Shown here: positions 40,431-53,878 of the stretch, piece after piece
Layout of the letters: each line of letters starts with the position of its first letter
How positions within the stretch are numbered: position 1 is the stretch's first letter
NCBI RefSeq assembly: GCF_036321535.1
Contig: NC_087437.1
Location: forward strand, 105,774,001-105,838,000
DNA length: 64,000 nt
From: Camelus dromedarius
Lineage: Eukaryota
Direction: 5' to 3'
Program-made: the position numbers and the translations under genes
Notes under the pieces: model-generated
The model's database searches: none
What the model was told of the DNA's origin: nothing
The model's input: the letters and a program-made list of their open reading frames with translations, nothing else

Positions 40431-41504
40431 ATATTATTTAACTCTGGTAAACTTGTACTGAATTAAAGAGAATACAAAATAGACCAGTGTAGGATCCTGG
40501 AATTCTGACATTGGCATTTAAATAAGACTTGGTTCATGGATATAACCAGGAGAAATTCATTGAGAATATTAGCCCTTCTGAATCACAAATGCAATGTTGG
40601 CATATATTTCTTCATGTATGAATATTTACATTAGTATAAATTCATATGTATCATACAGATGCACACTTCTTACACCTGTAGTAAAGACGTGTTCATGTTA
40701 AGCTATGAAAAATCAAACATTCCAATAAAACAGAATAAACAAAAGGCTTATGGATTAATACCTATTGAAAAAAATCAGAATGAAAAATTTTAGAATGTAT
40801 GTCTAAGTGAATTCTATTATTACTGTATAAAAATCTACCTTTATTCTTTGTGAGTCACTACTATATATATATACACACAAACTAAAATTCATGTCATCCA
40901 TAGCATAGCATCTTTTTAGTCTTTTCTACTATTGAAAGAAGTACTGAGGACTATAAATTATTTTGTGTCCAGGAAAATTATACAGTTTTTGTTTTTTGAA
41001 GCAGTCTCCAAAAAGTCATTATCAGATTCAATTGCCAGTGTTCAAGAACATAAAATCCTTAGACAAGTACAAAGAAGAGTAGGAGCAATAACTTCACAAA
41101 TAAAACACTATTACCCCTGAAGAGGTTTAGTAAACGAAGAACACCTCCATCTGCCCATCAGTTATTGTTGACCGTTTGATGTGAATTTTATGAGCAATAA
41201 ACCAGAAACACAGGTTCATTTGGTTCTTTCATTATACTTATTTCATATGTCAATACAGAGAGTATATAATCTAATTTTCCATTTTTATGGAACTGTTGAT
41301 GAAAAATACGATGATAGATTGGAGGCAAGTAGATTACTTTTATGTCTGCTCTTTGGTGTATGAAGCATGCATTGTAATTCAGATGACTTGAGGATTCTTC
41401 CAGCTTGGTTTCCTCTTGAATATTTACATAATGCTTCTTTCACACAATGTTCTCAAAGACTATATCGTATCAGTTTTCCTTATCCAGAACAGCTGTAATC
41501 TTAC

Positions 41505-41617
41505 CTGCTGTATTTGCAATGAACACTGAGTAATTCAGCAACTACCTGTGCTTCCTTTCTCTCATCCTTCTCTTGGACAGCCAAATAAAATTGGTCATCA
41601 TGGGAAACAGCATTAGG
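41505..41617 (-). other. Candidate exon (113 nt)
   Basis: cctctcgttag| ... cagcag|gtaaga on the minus strand; frame 0 open. Confidence 0.25.
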
Positions 41618-42064
41618 CTAACGAGAGGTTATATGGAACTTCGTGACTTATGTGATGACTTTATAGCACAAGTTCTCAGACTTCTCAGGTAATTGCTAAC
41701 AATCTATTTCAGATTTTGAATGAAACTTTGTGTAATACAAAAGTTTTATACTGAATTCAAAAATAAAAATTACTTAAATCAAATTAGAGTATCTCTTAAA
41801 CAAAACTATGAAACAAATATAACAAATAGTCTAGTTAAGAGGGTTTCCACTATCACACCAACTTTGAGAAATGGAACAAAAGCTGCACTTAAGTTTAATA
41901 TTATAGCTCCAGATTTTTGTATCTTTGAATAGCCTATTTTGAAAAATATTATTTGGGATAAATTGAAGCTAAATTTATGAAACATTGTTTCTTCTTGTGA
42001 AAGATGAGAAGTGTTGACTACATCTTTGCACCTCAAAAGACTAACATTGGCACAAGCATGAAGA

Positions 42065-42170
42065 TTGCTAAAAATAAGGAATCTCAAGCTCTACCCCAAA
42101 CCTAATGATCAGAATTTTTACAAGATCTAAAGATGAGTCATATGAATGTAACATTTTGAAAATTACTGGA
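42065..42170. mobile_element. MER5A-like hAT-Charlie MITE fragment
   Basis: ctaccccaaacctaatgatcagaatttttacaagatc...ttttgaaaattactg. Confidence 0.5.
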
Positions 42171-42464
42171 CAAGATATTTCCTAGTATTATATCATTTTG
42201 CCATTCTTTGAATTTCTGGAATGGGGAGGAGTGTAGGAAAAAGGATCTACTTCCAAGATGATGCTGAAGAAAGGGAAATCACTAAAGGTTTGCACAAAAT
42301 AAATATAACCAAGTTGTACCTGGAGCCTTGGATTCAAGCACTTTAGTTAACATGTCCTTTGAGGCAACAACTGTACAATAGCACCCACATTATTTCACAG
42401 GTGAGAGAACCTTTTGGAGGGAGTTCGTTTATAAAGGAAAAGCACTGAGAGACTTTGGACACAT

Positions 42465-43480
42465 TTATTTTCTCTATTTTATTCTTTTTTTTTAAACATC
42501 ACTGATTTTTGCTCTTTTTAATTTTTCATTTTCTTCTACTTGTTTTAAGTTTAACTTGTTCCTCTTTGTCTTGCTTTCTAAGGCAAATGGCAGGATTATT
42601 GATTTTAGGTCTTTTTTTTTTTTTTTCTTTTCTAATACGGACATTAAATGCTATAGCTTTTCCTCTAAGTATAGTTTTAAATGCATCTCATATATTTGGT
42701 ATGTTTTATCTTCAATTCAATTTAGAAGTGTTGAGACTTCTTTGATCCATGTGTTGTTCACAGGTATTTTTTTTTTAATCTCCAGGTATTTTGGCATATT
42801 AGATCTATCCTTAGGTCATTGATCTCTAGTTTAATTTCATTGCTACCTGAGAACATATTTTGCATGATTTCTATACTTTAAAAATTTGTTATGGAGCATT
42901 TAAGGCCAACAATGCCATTTATCGTAATGAATATTCCATGTGAACTTGAGAAAAATATGTGTTCTGATGTTGGATATCATGCTTTACAGATATTGATTAA
43001 AATCATATGAACTATATCCTACTAATTTGCTGACTGATTAATTTATAAATTACTGAAAGAGGAGTACTGATATTTGATTCTTTATATTTAAAGTGACATT
43101 TTTGTAGACAAAGTGTAATTGTGTATTTTTTTTATTAAATTCACTCTGACAATCTTCTGTCCATTTAGATTATTTATATTAAAGTGATTACTGATTTAGT
43201 TGTAAACTCTATTTTATGCCTTCTCTGGTTGTAAGTGAACATTTTATGTGATTAAATTTTCTCTCCTCTCAGAGCATATCAATTGTTACTCTTTCAAAAA
43301 TTTTGTTTTGTGGTTACACTAGAGTTTGCAATATACATTTACAACTAATCTTTCCAATAACATAATACTCCTCAACATTTATTACATGTAACTTATAGCA
43401 TAATATTCTCAATTCTTTACTCTTATCTCTTATAACATTAGTGTCACTCATTTTATTTATTATAATTTTATTTTATTTTT
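42465..43480 (-). mobile_element. Old L1 ORF2 5' part, inverted
   Basis: Reverse of the ORF2 post-endonuclease and endonuclease regions (tgaatattccatgtgaacttgagaaaaatatgtgttctg). Confidence 0.7.
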
Positions 43481-43484
43481 ATAG

Positions 43485-45960
43485 TTCCTAACACTCTCTG
43501 TAAGGCTAGCATTACCCTAATACCAAAACCAGATGAAGACATTACAGAAAAGAAAGTTACAGGTGAATATCTCTCATAAATGTATGTGCAAAATTCACCT
43601 ACAATAATGCATCAATATAATTATACATTGCAATAAAGTGGGATTTATCCCAGGTATTCATGGCTAGTTCAACAATCAAAACTCAACCACTATAATTCAA
43701 CACATCAGTAGAATAAAGAAGAAAAATTATATATTCATGTCAATTGATACAGAAAATGCATTGATAAAAATCTATTATTAAAAACTCTTGGCAAATTAAG
43801 ACTAGAAGAAATTCTTAAAATTTGATTTTAAGAATCTTTAAAAAGCTACAAATAATATCATATTTAGTATTAAGAAACTGGATGGCATAATTTTCTATGT
43901 AGAAAACGCAAAAGAGTTGACATAAATTCCTGAAATGAATAAGATTTATAGGAAATTCATAATATGCAATGTTAATATACAAAAGTCAATTGCCTTCCTA
44001 GATACAAGCAATGAACAATTAAAATTTGAAATGAAAAAATACCATTTCAATAGTACCCCCTAAAAATGAACTATTTAAGTATAAATGTATGAAAATGTGT
44101 AAGGTATATGTATGTGAATTTTTTTAAAACCTCTGGTGAAGAAATCAAAGATATAACTAAATTGAGAGACAGTCCATGTTCATGGACTGGAAATCAGATC
44201 AATGAATGTCAACTCTTAACAACTGGATCTGCAAACTCAATACAATCCAAATCAAAATCCCAAAAGATATTTTGTAGAAGTCGACAAATTTGTTCTAAAG
44301 TTTATATGAAAATGTATAAAGACCTGCAAATGTGAACACAATAGTGAAAACCAAAGTTTGAAGGCTCAGGCTACCTATCTTCAAGGCTTATTATAAGCTA
44401 CAGTAATCAAGATGGCATGGTATTTGGTGAAAGAATAAGCACATGGATCAAAGGAACAGAATAAAAAGCCCAGAAATAGAGCCACACAACTACAATCGAG
44501 TGATCTTTCACAAAGGACCAAAGGTAATCCGATGGGAAAAGGGCAAAATTGTTTTCCCTTAAGGTAAGAATCACCAATTCTGATGCTGCTGTATATGTAT
44601 ACTGGAATTGAATAATTAAGTAAATGGATAGCAAACAGTGAAGACCAGGTTTCTCACTGCTGGAGTCGGGGATTTACATAAGAGCAAAGGGAAGAGGCTA
44701 GAATGACATGTGATAATAGATTATAGAGTTAGAGACCAGTGTAAGGCCATATTTAGCCTAATATGGACATAGGTGGTTACATATAGGAATATGTATTGAT
44801 GTGCATATATACCCAGATTTGTGTACATAAATATATTTCCTTGCTTTTTCAGCTGAGAGAGCCTAGCATCAATGATGCTCTAGCAGCAGCAAGGACACCT
44901 AACGTCCAGATCATGGTTTCTAGTACCATTCTGCAGTTAAAGGAATCAGGGCTTCTGAAGAAATGGCTGGTTCAAATATTGAGGGAAGAAATATGAAAGA
45001 TGAGATTGAGCATCTTGTAGTGACAGAAAGTACGAAAGTACTCAAAAAAAAAAATCTTATATTGATGGGATATATCAAAAAGACATAGGAGACAACTAAA
45101 TGAACTCCTAATGGGAAAAAGTGAAAAATTTAAGGAACAAAAGAGTAAGAAAGTACCAGAATAGTAATCCAAAGTATAAAATAAATATTCATGAGCCCAT
45201 ACTAATATAAATAAATGATTAAATAAATAAATACATTTAAGATAAAAGCCAAAACTCCTAGGCAGAAGGATTCTGTAACAGTGTTCTCCAGAGATATTGA
45301 ACCTATAGGTGATAGATTTGTAGATAGATAGGTACAGAGAGACAGACAGACAGACAGACAAACAGACACACAGACACAGGCAGGCAGACAGGTTTTAAGG
45401 AACTGGTTAGTGCAACTGCGGAGAATGGGAAGTCCATAACCTGCAGGACATAACAGAGGGTTGGAAACTCAGGCAGGATTTATATGTTGGAGTGCTGAAG
45501 CAGAATTTCTTCTATTCTGAGAAACCTCAATTTAAGGTCTTCAACTAATTGGATGAGACTCACCCACATAATGGAGAGTAATTTGCTTTACTTAAAATCA
45601 ACTGACTGGAGATACTAGTGACACCTACAAGATACCTTCACAACCGTACACAGATCAGTGTTTGACCAAACAGCCAGACACGATATCCTAGCCAGAGTGA
45701 TACATAAAATTAACTAACAAAAATTCCAAATTATGTGGATACCCTGCAGTCAATAAGAAGGATCATAATTCCCCACTCTGTAAGTGTGAGCTGTGTATAG
45801 ATACGCCCTTTCAAACAGTAACATATGGAAAGGGGGTGTGCGAGTAATGACTGTGAAGCAAGCTGATGAACACTGCCTCATCGGGGTGATCGAGTTAACA
45901 TCCAAGTGATAAATCATGCTGATAATATGAACCCTTGATACAAGGTGATGGAAACAGTAC
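43485..45960 (+). mobile_element. Old L1 (L1MD-class) ORF2 and 3' region, internally deleted, interrupted by MLT2
   Basis: gctagcattaccctaataccaaaacca (ASITLIPKP), gtgggatttatcccagg (VGFIPG), ccatgttcatggactgg (PCSW), then an L1MD-type 3' UTR. Confidence 0.85.
45274..45721 (-). mobile_element. MLT2 (ERVL) solo LTR with internal (GACA)n
   Basis: gtgttctccagaga...ttttaaggaactgg...ccttcaca...gtgtttgaccaaa...acataaaattaac; 5-bp TSD gattc/aattc. Confidence 0.85.
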
Positions 45961-46329
45961 TCTATCAAGTATAAAAACAATATCATGATTGTTGTCTAAA
46001 GGGTAAGAATATAACATAAAAGAGTATCAAATATAGTACCTGTGGTTCAAGAAACAGACTTTTGCCATCTCCGACTTCCCTCTCTATCTCACGAATAAGT
46101 AGGAGGTTACGTCAGTACAGATAGCTGTAGTTCCTAAAAAATTTCTTTTGAAAGTATTTGAATATACTGGAAAAGGAGTAGCAGGACGGAAAGATGTATA
46201 TAAAATATGCTCAGGTTAATGATTGATATATCAAAAGAAAACACGTGTAAAACTGTAAGAACATGTAATGTAAAAGAGTTGATAAAATATAAGGCTAATC
46301 CAAAGAAGTAAGAAGAGTGAGAGACTTAC

Positions 46330-46411
46330 CTGAGAATAAACATCGTGGAGAGAGGGGTTGATGAAAGAGAGAAACCATAATCCACGTGGAGATGCAAAAG
46401 CCGTTAATAGC
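46330..46411 (-). other. Strong candidate internal exon (82 nt) of an unidentified minus-strand transcript
   Basis: Acceptor ttttttgtctttcag|G; donor CAG|gtaagt (perfect consensus); three CpGs retained; two frames open. Confidence 0.5.
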
Positions 46412-47389
46412 CTGAAAGACAAAAAATGACATCAAGTCATCTCCACTTAGAAACAGGTGCAAATAGGAAAAGTGCAAAGTCTTTTCATCTCTCAGTCCTT
46501 ACAACTAAATGTCTGACACTGAAAAATCAGTCATAAATTTGAAATTATACCCTCATCACCTAGTCATATGCTTTATTAAATATTAAATTCTACTTTGTGA
46601 TGACAAAATGAATTCCATGGATATATACAAATAAAGCTCACTATTTTTAAAAATGTAGCTCAATTATAATTATTTACTTTATCTACAAATTTATGATTAA
46701 AATGATGGGATAGAGAGACTGGACTAAGATTCTAAGCCCTAAGAAAAATTCTAATATTTGAAAGAGAAACTGTGGTATTAGTGAGCAGCTTATATAATCA
46801 CTTGAATTCTGGTAATTAGATTATCTTTTTTTGTTTGTTTTTACTTAATATACAGGCATATATCAGCTTTAGACTAAAGAGAAGCCCAACATATTGTAAT
46901 ATTTTTTATTTTGGTTTATCATGAAATTTGTAACTTGTAATTATTTTATTCAGTACTATTATATAATGTGTGGTAGGGCTCAATAATCCAGAGACAGATG
47001 GCAGAAGTGTGCTCAAGTTAATGAACTGATTCTATTTGTTTCTTTCTTCATGTGGCGCATCCTTTGAATCTCTACTGAGACGCTCAGAAGTGAAAAGCCT
47101 ACTGAGTCCAATTTGGGGAAACATCAAGGCATGAGATACAAGCATTGCTGCCTGGGATGAATTGTCTTGTTTGGGGCATTGTGAAAAAGGCTGTACTTTC
47201 TCTATGAATCCATAGGCTCTCTTAAGGATACATAACAATTTTAAATTGGAATGAGAGCAAAAACATAAAAGGCTAAAAAAAGGAACGATGCCAAACAAAA
47301 GAAAAGGCACAGTGCACATACAGAGAAGGAACATAGGAACGAAGGAAGAAAAGAAGGAAAGAAGAAAGGAAAAAAATGGAAGAAGGGAA

Positions 47390-47756
47390 GTAAAGTCTGA
47401 TTCCATTTTTTAATGCTTATTCTTTCTCTTCTGTCTCATATATGAGAACTTTGTATAAGAAAGCCTGGGCGCTCCCTCCTTGGTGACAGTCCTAGCCCAG
47501 GTGACACTGACTCCTGCTTCACCCCCTAATCACCACAAAAATCCAAAGCCAGTCTCCTTTCTCTACTCTCTCAAGCTTCTTCTTTTTTTTTTTTTTCTTT
47601 TGATCAGTTTGGGAAGCCTTCCCTGTTTTCATAAAGCCTCATTATGTGAATAAAAACATCTTTTCATATCCTCTTGGTGAATGTGATGTTATTAGCCTTG
47701 ACACTGGAACTAAATTTTAGGTGAGGATCCGCCTTGTATCTGGGAATCAACTACAA
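47390..47756 (+). mobile_element. ERV1 (MER67-like) solo LTR inserted in a GA-rich tract
   Basis: agtctgattccatttt...ataagaaagcctgggcgctccctccttgg...aaagcctcattatgtgaataaa. Confidence 0.65.
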
Positions 47757-48734
47757 GAGAAAGGAAGGAAAGAAGATGAAGGAAATGAAGGAAAAAAGAA
47801 ATCATCACCCATACAAAGAAGGGAGTCAAAGCTGATGCTTTTTAAGTGAACTTTTTCATCCCAAGCAACAGAAGAATGGTCCCAGCCGCCTTCCTTCCAC
47901 AAATGTGGGAACGGGTATCAGCCCTACCCATAAGGACTGGCTGAGAAATGTTAATAACAATATGGATAAAGAACTTTGTGTGATAACACTATGGAAAGCA
48001 CTTGAGTTAGAAAAACCAAACAGGCTAAAAAAGTAGACAAGTCTTCCTTATATGTAGTTGCCAAACGCTTAGGTGAGGTGAGCTTGGTGGCCTAAAGGGA
48101 ACTCAATTTGAGTCTATAAAATTATCACAGACGTTGAAATTAATTAAATAAGTTTAGTATAACTACTTCAAACATAGTGTTTGCTATCTTAGCCATGCTG
48201 TGTTTTGGGTTATTCTCAGGTAATGCTTTTCGTAAGAAATTCTGCATTTAGGAATCCCATCAGTGTGTCAAATGTGTCTAACATTGTAGATAGTTGGGTT
48301 ACACAGAAGTCACAATGAAATAGGGGTATGCAAAGTTGCTTGTAATTCTGCCTCAGTGTTTGCCTTTGCAGATGAGCAGATAAATCTATCTCCACAGTAC
48401 CTAGCACAGGGCTTTGCCTCTTTGGTATTAAGTAAGTTCATTGAAGTAAATAAAAGTAAACTCATTTCTGTCTGTAATCCAAGTTCTGTTTGTCTAATTT
48501 GATCACTGAATGGCCACAGACCTTGACTTCATAGGTCTTGGCAGCTCTACAGTTTCATGAAACAACTCCCTTGTTCAAGTGTATTTTTATTTTAGTATGC
48601 TTAGTTTTCATCATACTCCATTTGAAAGATAGTCGTAAGAAAAACTGACACCTCTTCAAATCAGTTGTTACAAATATCTTTGCCATTTTATCTGATCACC
48701 AATTTATATAGATATATGTGATATATCTGTTTAT

Positions 48735-49040
48735 ATTTTTATTCATTAAATAAATATTGCTTAAACATGTGCCTAGTAGTGTGATAGATGCTAGAGATAA
48801 AAAGTGAACTAAGAAATAGAAATGGTCTTTCTCTTCTTGGAGCTTACAGCCCAGAAGGGTAACAAATATTGCAAAATAAGTGTATTTTTTACAGCCCACG
48901 AAAAGTGTTATAAAAGAAAAATAAGGAAGAATATACAACAAAGAAATGTGACTGACATTTGAGCTAATCTCTGAAGGCAGAGTGGGTGTCATCAGGTAAA
49001 TGGAAGTGGTGTATTGAGAAACATGCAAAGATCATTCCAG
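48735..49040 (-). mobile_element. L2 3' fragment
   Basis: attcattaaataaatattg...tgtgcctag...tggagcttacagcccag...gacatttgagct. Confidence 0.65.
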
Positions 49041-51119
49041 GTGGGGCTGTCAAATAGTATTCTTCTTGTTACTGTAAGATACAATAAAACTAATCATACT
49101 GAAACATATTTTTTAGATAAAAAGAATACATTTTATGGGCTCAATGATTTAGTAAAAAACCACAAATTTTTCTAATATGCAGTATCTACTCCTAAACTCT
49201 GACTTAAACTTTGGAAGATTAATTTCAAGGTAAAAATGTATTTTATCATTGACTCAAAGGTCTAAAGGGAGCCTCAGAGGACCAAAGTTTGATCCCTAGA
49301 TTCCTTCCAAAGGAAAAGATCAAAAACACTTAGAAACTTAAAATTTCTTATGATTGAATAACCTTCAGTCTCATTGGCAATTTAACATTGCAAATAAAAG
49401 GTAAGCCTTAATTTACTGGCTCAATATGTGTTGTTGAGAAATTAAATCATTTTCACATTTGCATAACAAAATTTATTATCTGTAATTAACTAACCTTTAG
49501 AAAATTCATTTTTAATTTCCTCCTGTCAATGTATCTGGAAAATGCCAAGTTAACAAACATTAGCTTATAAGCAACTACATTAGTGTAGAAGCTACAGCAA
49601 GCATTCAATGGATGAAGCAGTCAAGTCCTAAGTTAATTAAAGAGTTGTCATCACATTGTTCACTTGGAAACATATGGAGAAATATTTTATATCATTGCTA
49701 AGTGACAACAAAATCTTAAGATACCATTTGACATACACTAATCAGCTGAAGTAATCTATTTAATCAGTACTGTTTACTTGGAATTTCTTTAAAACACAGT
49801 GTTTCATACAAAAACAAACTAAATATTAAAATCCAATTGTCTAATTGCCTTAATGCTAATTGTTCTAATTCAGTTGTAATGTACATATATGTTGTCCCTC
49901 AGTTTCAGACGTAACAATTTTGTAGTGGTATGTCAAAAATCTTCTATGATGATATTAATTTCTTGCCTTTCTTCATTCTTGATATTAAGGAGTAGTAAAG
50001 GAGAATTAAACTGTATATTTCCCATCATGAAATTTAGTTTATTAGCTCCTTATGTAAATATAGATATATATTAATTTTTCAGATTATATGGCTATAGACT
50101 GTTAAATTTTTTCCAATAATAAAAAGTATCAAAAAATTTAACAACATAAACATTTTTTCCCTAGAATTTATCAAACTCTGCTAAATGTTCTAACTCATTA
50201 CAATTCATAGAAAGAAAACCAGTGTTAGCAGGTGGCATTATGAATTTAAGTTAGTTCCAATATGCAGAAGGACAGCAGGGGGTTCTCAATATCAGTTTCC
50301 TGAATGTATGAAACCAACTACATTTTCCAAACTAGTCATTACTGTTTTGCACACAATTTTTTCCATTTCATGAAAGTGCTTTATTTCCCTCAAGTTACTA
50401 GTTTGTTCACTCTTCAGACTCTTTTACTCTGACACAAGAAATCTAAGGGATTGATAATGAAAAATTTTAAATGAAACAAAGTAAAATGGATGCCTTTTAA
50501 GACAGCTCTAAAGGGCAATTCATTTTATAATATCTCATTCTTTATATATACAGATGCATACATATGCACACAAAGTCAATAGCTAAACAACTACACATCT
50601 TACTCTTGTCAACAAAATTAAATTAAATATATAATACACTTTAAATTACATGAGATAGAAACTTTATATTACTTTTCTTAAAATCAGATTTTAATAGATT
50701 AAAATTTAATTTTCGTAATTCAAGTTGTAAAAAATGTAGAGACTACAAGCTTTTAAAGGAGTTCAATATCTTTTTATCCCTTATTTCCAATCACAAGAAT
50801 TGGCAACATCAACTACTTAGATTTTGAAGCCAGAAACTCAGAATTTAGCCATCAACACTCTTATTTGTGTCCTTCAGGTATTATCTCCTTAAATTCTCTC
50901 AAATTCTCCCACCTACCTCCATCTCCATCAAGTCCTCTTTGTTCCAAGTTAACATCCTTCATGGTCAGGCTACTGCAAAACAGTTCACAACTCTTCAAGG
51001 TAATTTAAATCCATTAAGGATTAAATTGTTTCTCATTTTTATAGAAATATTTTTAAATGGCACCCTTGCTTTAATCCTATAGGTAATAAATGAGTGAGAT
51101 AAAAAATTAAATCACATGT

Positions 51120-51721
51120 TGTAACTGAACAGGACCATATGGGGCCTTCCTGGGACAGATACACTCCCCCATTTCCTCCATCTTCCTCTTGTTTGTAGAA
51201 AAACTTTAGCCTCCGAGGGCTTCTCTGAGTTCCAAATACTAAATTTAATCAGAGAAATGAGAAAATGCAGAAACAAAGGAAAACAGTCAAGCAAGACAAA
51301 ATAATAATGGTTTAGCCATTAAACAAAGTCAAGGACATTTGGTTCCTCCTCAAGGAATAATATTCTGAGCCATGTCCTTTGAGCTGTTTTGCAGATACTG
51401 AGATTCCCACCAAATAGAAGTTCACTTCATGTTGACCACGAGCATGTAGACACAGACTAATTGGAATCAGAAGGTTGATGATCTTGATTCTTGATTACCC
51501 CACCACCAACCAATCAGAAGAATGCACCTTCTCCCTCATTCTATCTTTAAAAACTGTCTCCCTAAAAACCATTAAGGAGTTTGAGTTTTTTGAGTATTAG
51601 CCACCTGCACTCCTTGTTTGGCTCCTGCAATAAACTCTGCACTTTTCTTCACCACAACCCCATGTCAGTAGATTGGTTTTACTGCATGTGGGTGAGAAGA
51701 TCCCAGTTTGGTTTGATAACA
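51120..51721 (+). mobile_element. Younger ERV1-type solo LTR (same family as 32164-32755)
   Basis: tgtaact...aataaa...ggtttgataaca; TSD atgt/atct. Confidence 0.85.
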
Positions 51722-53256
51722 ATCTAACAGATTATTCAAATATGTCAAAGCAGGTTCTTCTCAAATCAACATTATAGGCTACTGTTTCATGAAATATGAA
51801 TCATAGAATGGAAAAAAGAATAATATTTTCTAGCATATAATTTTTACTCTTTTAATAGCATGATTGTTGTCAAACAACTTTCATTTATCCAAGCTTATAG
51901 CAAAAGCTATAGGAAAACAATACAAATTGATAAAACTATACTTTCTAATATGAATAAAAATAATTTATCTCTGCTTTCCCTACTGATTTCTTTTTCCCAC
52001 TTCCTTATTCATTTGACAAAGTAGTACTAATAAGACTAATAAAAGTCTTTTGAGCTTAACTGGTGTTATTGAGGACACAATAAAAACAACACGGAAAGCA
52101 AAAATTCATCACTAAATATCATATATCATTGAATTCCCACCTATGTCTCTCACAGAAAGTTCTGTACTCAGCCTCTCTTCCCTCGGGCACCTATTCCTCA
52201 TCTTACATTGCAGCAAGTGACCATCTGTTTTCCAATCTCTTGTCTTCTCAAGGCCCAGAGACTCTAATGCCTGTCTTGGCAGCAACAAAGGGAAATTAAA
52301 CATTTCCTTACATGAAACAACTACATCCAAGGATGACCCATTTAAATTTATTATGCAAAGTAATTTACCATTTCATTGCCTTGTCCATCCCATTTTCTTG
52401 GAACAAGGTTCAAACATTTCACCAGCACAAATGAAAGGGTCCATTAACATGTTTCCCTAAACTTTCAAATAACAAAAGACACTCCCACCACGCAGGAAAT
52501 TCCAAGAATTTTAAGAGTTCTGTGCCAGGAATTGGAGACAATGACCAAATACACATATATTTTTATTATACTATAGATATAAAAGCATCCTTCGTGAAAA
52601 TAATTCACTCCACCCAAGTTCTTTTATTGTTACGAATCTCTATTCTCTGTTTCCTTCTCTTTTTTTCTATATTTATCTTGTTTTGTAGTTATAACTATTT
52701 AAACATACAAAATCATGTCAAAATTAAAATTATGTATAACAGCTATGTGGAGGAAACATGTAAAGCCTTTAAAGGAAAAATCAATCTACAAAGTGATTAG
52801 GTTTAGAGTTCAGATTAATGTTTATTTATTGACTACCTTGTTATGATCTTAGTTCTGTAAGCAAAAGAATAAAATAGCACTCAAATGACAGTTGAGCATA
52901 TAGTAAAATCAATTTAACATAAGTATTATTTAAATGTAGAGGCTAAGTTTTATCAATATTTTACATATAGGACATACCATAAGGTTTGGCATAGAATACA
53001 TTTAATGAATATTGATTAAGTAAATAAATGTATTTAAACTTTTAAACATAATTTTGAATACACTTATATAATTTAGATATAGATACTGGGCTCTGTTACT
53101 GAGCTAACAATAAAGTTCCATTTCCCTGCTTGTCTTGGTGTTATGTTGGAGCCATGTGATCACATAAATTGTCCATAGAATATGAGCATCATGTCCAGAC
53201 TGGCTTCTAAACGTTTTATATCCCTAGCAGCTACTTGTCCTATTGATAGCTGTTAC

Positions 53257-53496
53257 AAGAAAAAGAAAAGAAAAGAAAAGAAAGGAAAGGAAAAGAAAAG
53301 AAAAGAAAGAAAAGAAAAGAAAAGAAAAGAAAAGAAAAGAAAAGAAAAGAGAAGAGAAGAAAAGAAAAGAAGGAAGGAAGAAAAGAAAAGAAGGAAGGAA
53401 GGAAGAAAAGAAAAAGGAAAGGAAAAGAAAGAAAAGAAAAGAAAAGAAAAGAAAAGAAAAAAAAAGAAAAGAAAAGAAAAGAAAAGAAGGAAGAAA
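53257..53496. repeat. (GAAAA)n/(GGAA)n compound polypurine microsatellite, 240 nt
   Basis: Purines only on the + strand; explains the K/R/E-rich and F/L/S-rich ORFs at 53182-53573. Confidence 0.95.
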
Positions 53497-53656
53497 TCTG
53501 TTTTAGGAAAAGGCTGATAAAATTTTTTAAAACTCAAATGTTTTTTAAATATCTGAATGCTAAGATTATGCAAGAAATGAATCAGAATTTTTCTCTTTTA
53601 AATTAGGTTCACTGTTCCTTTGGAAAAAAGAGAACTGAAATCTATTTTCTATACAA

Positions 53657-53878
53657 GGAAGGGATAGCCTGGGATTTCAAAATGTAGAATAGATAAACAA
53701 AATTATACTGTATAGCACAGGGAAATACATACAAGATCTTATGGTAGCTCACAGAGAAAACAATGTGGCAATGAATTATATATATATGTTCATGTATAAC
53801 TGAAAAATTGTGCTTACATTGAAATTTGACACAACATTGTAAAATGATTATAAATCAATTTAAAAAGTTAAAAAAAAA
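53657..53878 (+). mobile_element. Young camelid L1 3' UTR end
   Basis: Colinear with 20472-20682 (ctgggatttcaaaa...tttgacacaacattgtaaaatgattataaatcaat); A-tail. Confidence 0.9.

Noticed and set aside
32164..51721. Single 19-kb provirus bounded by two LTRs
   Set aside because: Each LTR has its own TSD, and the interval is ordinary genomic sequence with older repeats
53182..53573. Lys/Arg/Glu-rich and Phe/Leu/Ser-rich ORFs
   Set aside because: Translations of the (GAAAA)n microsatellite
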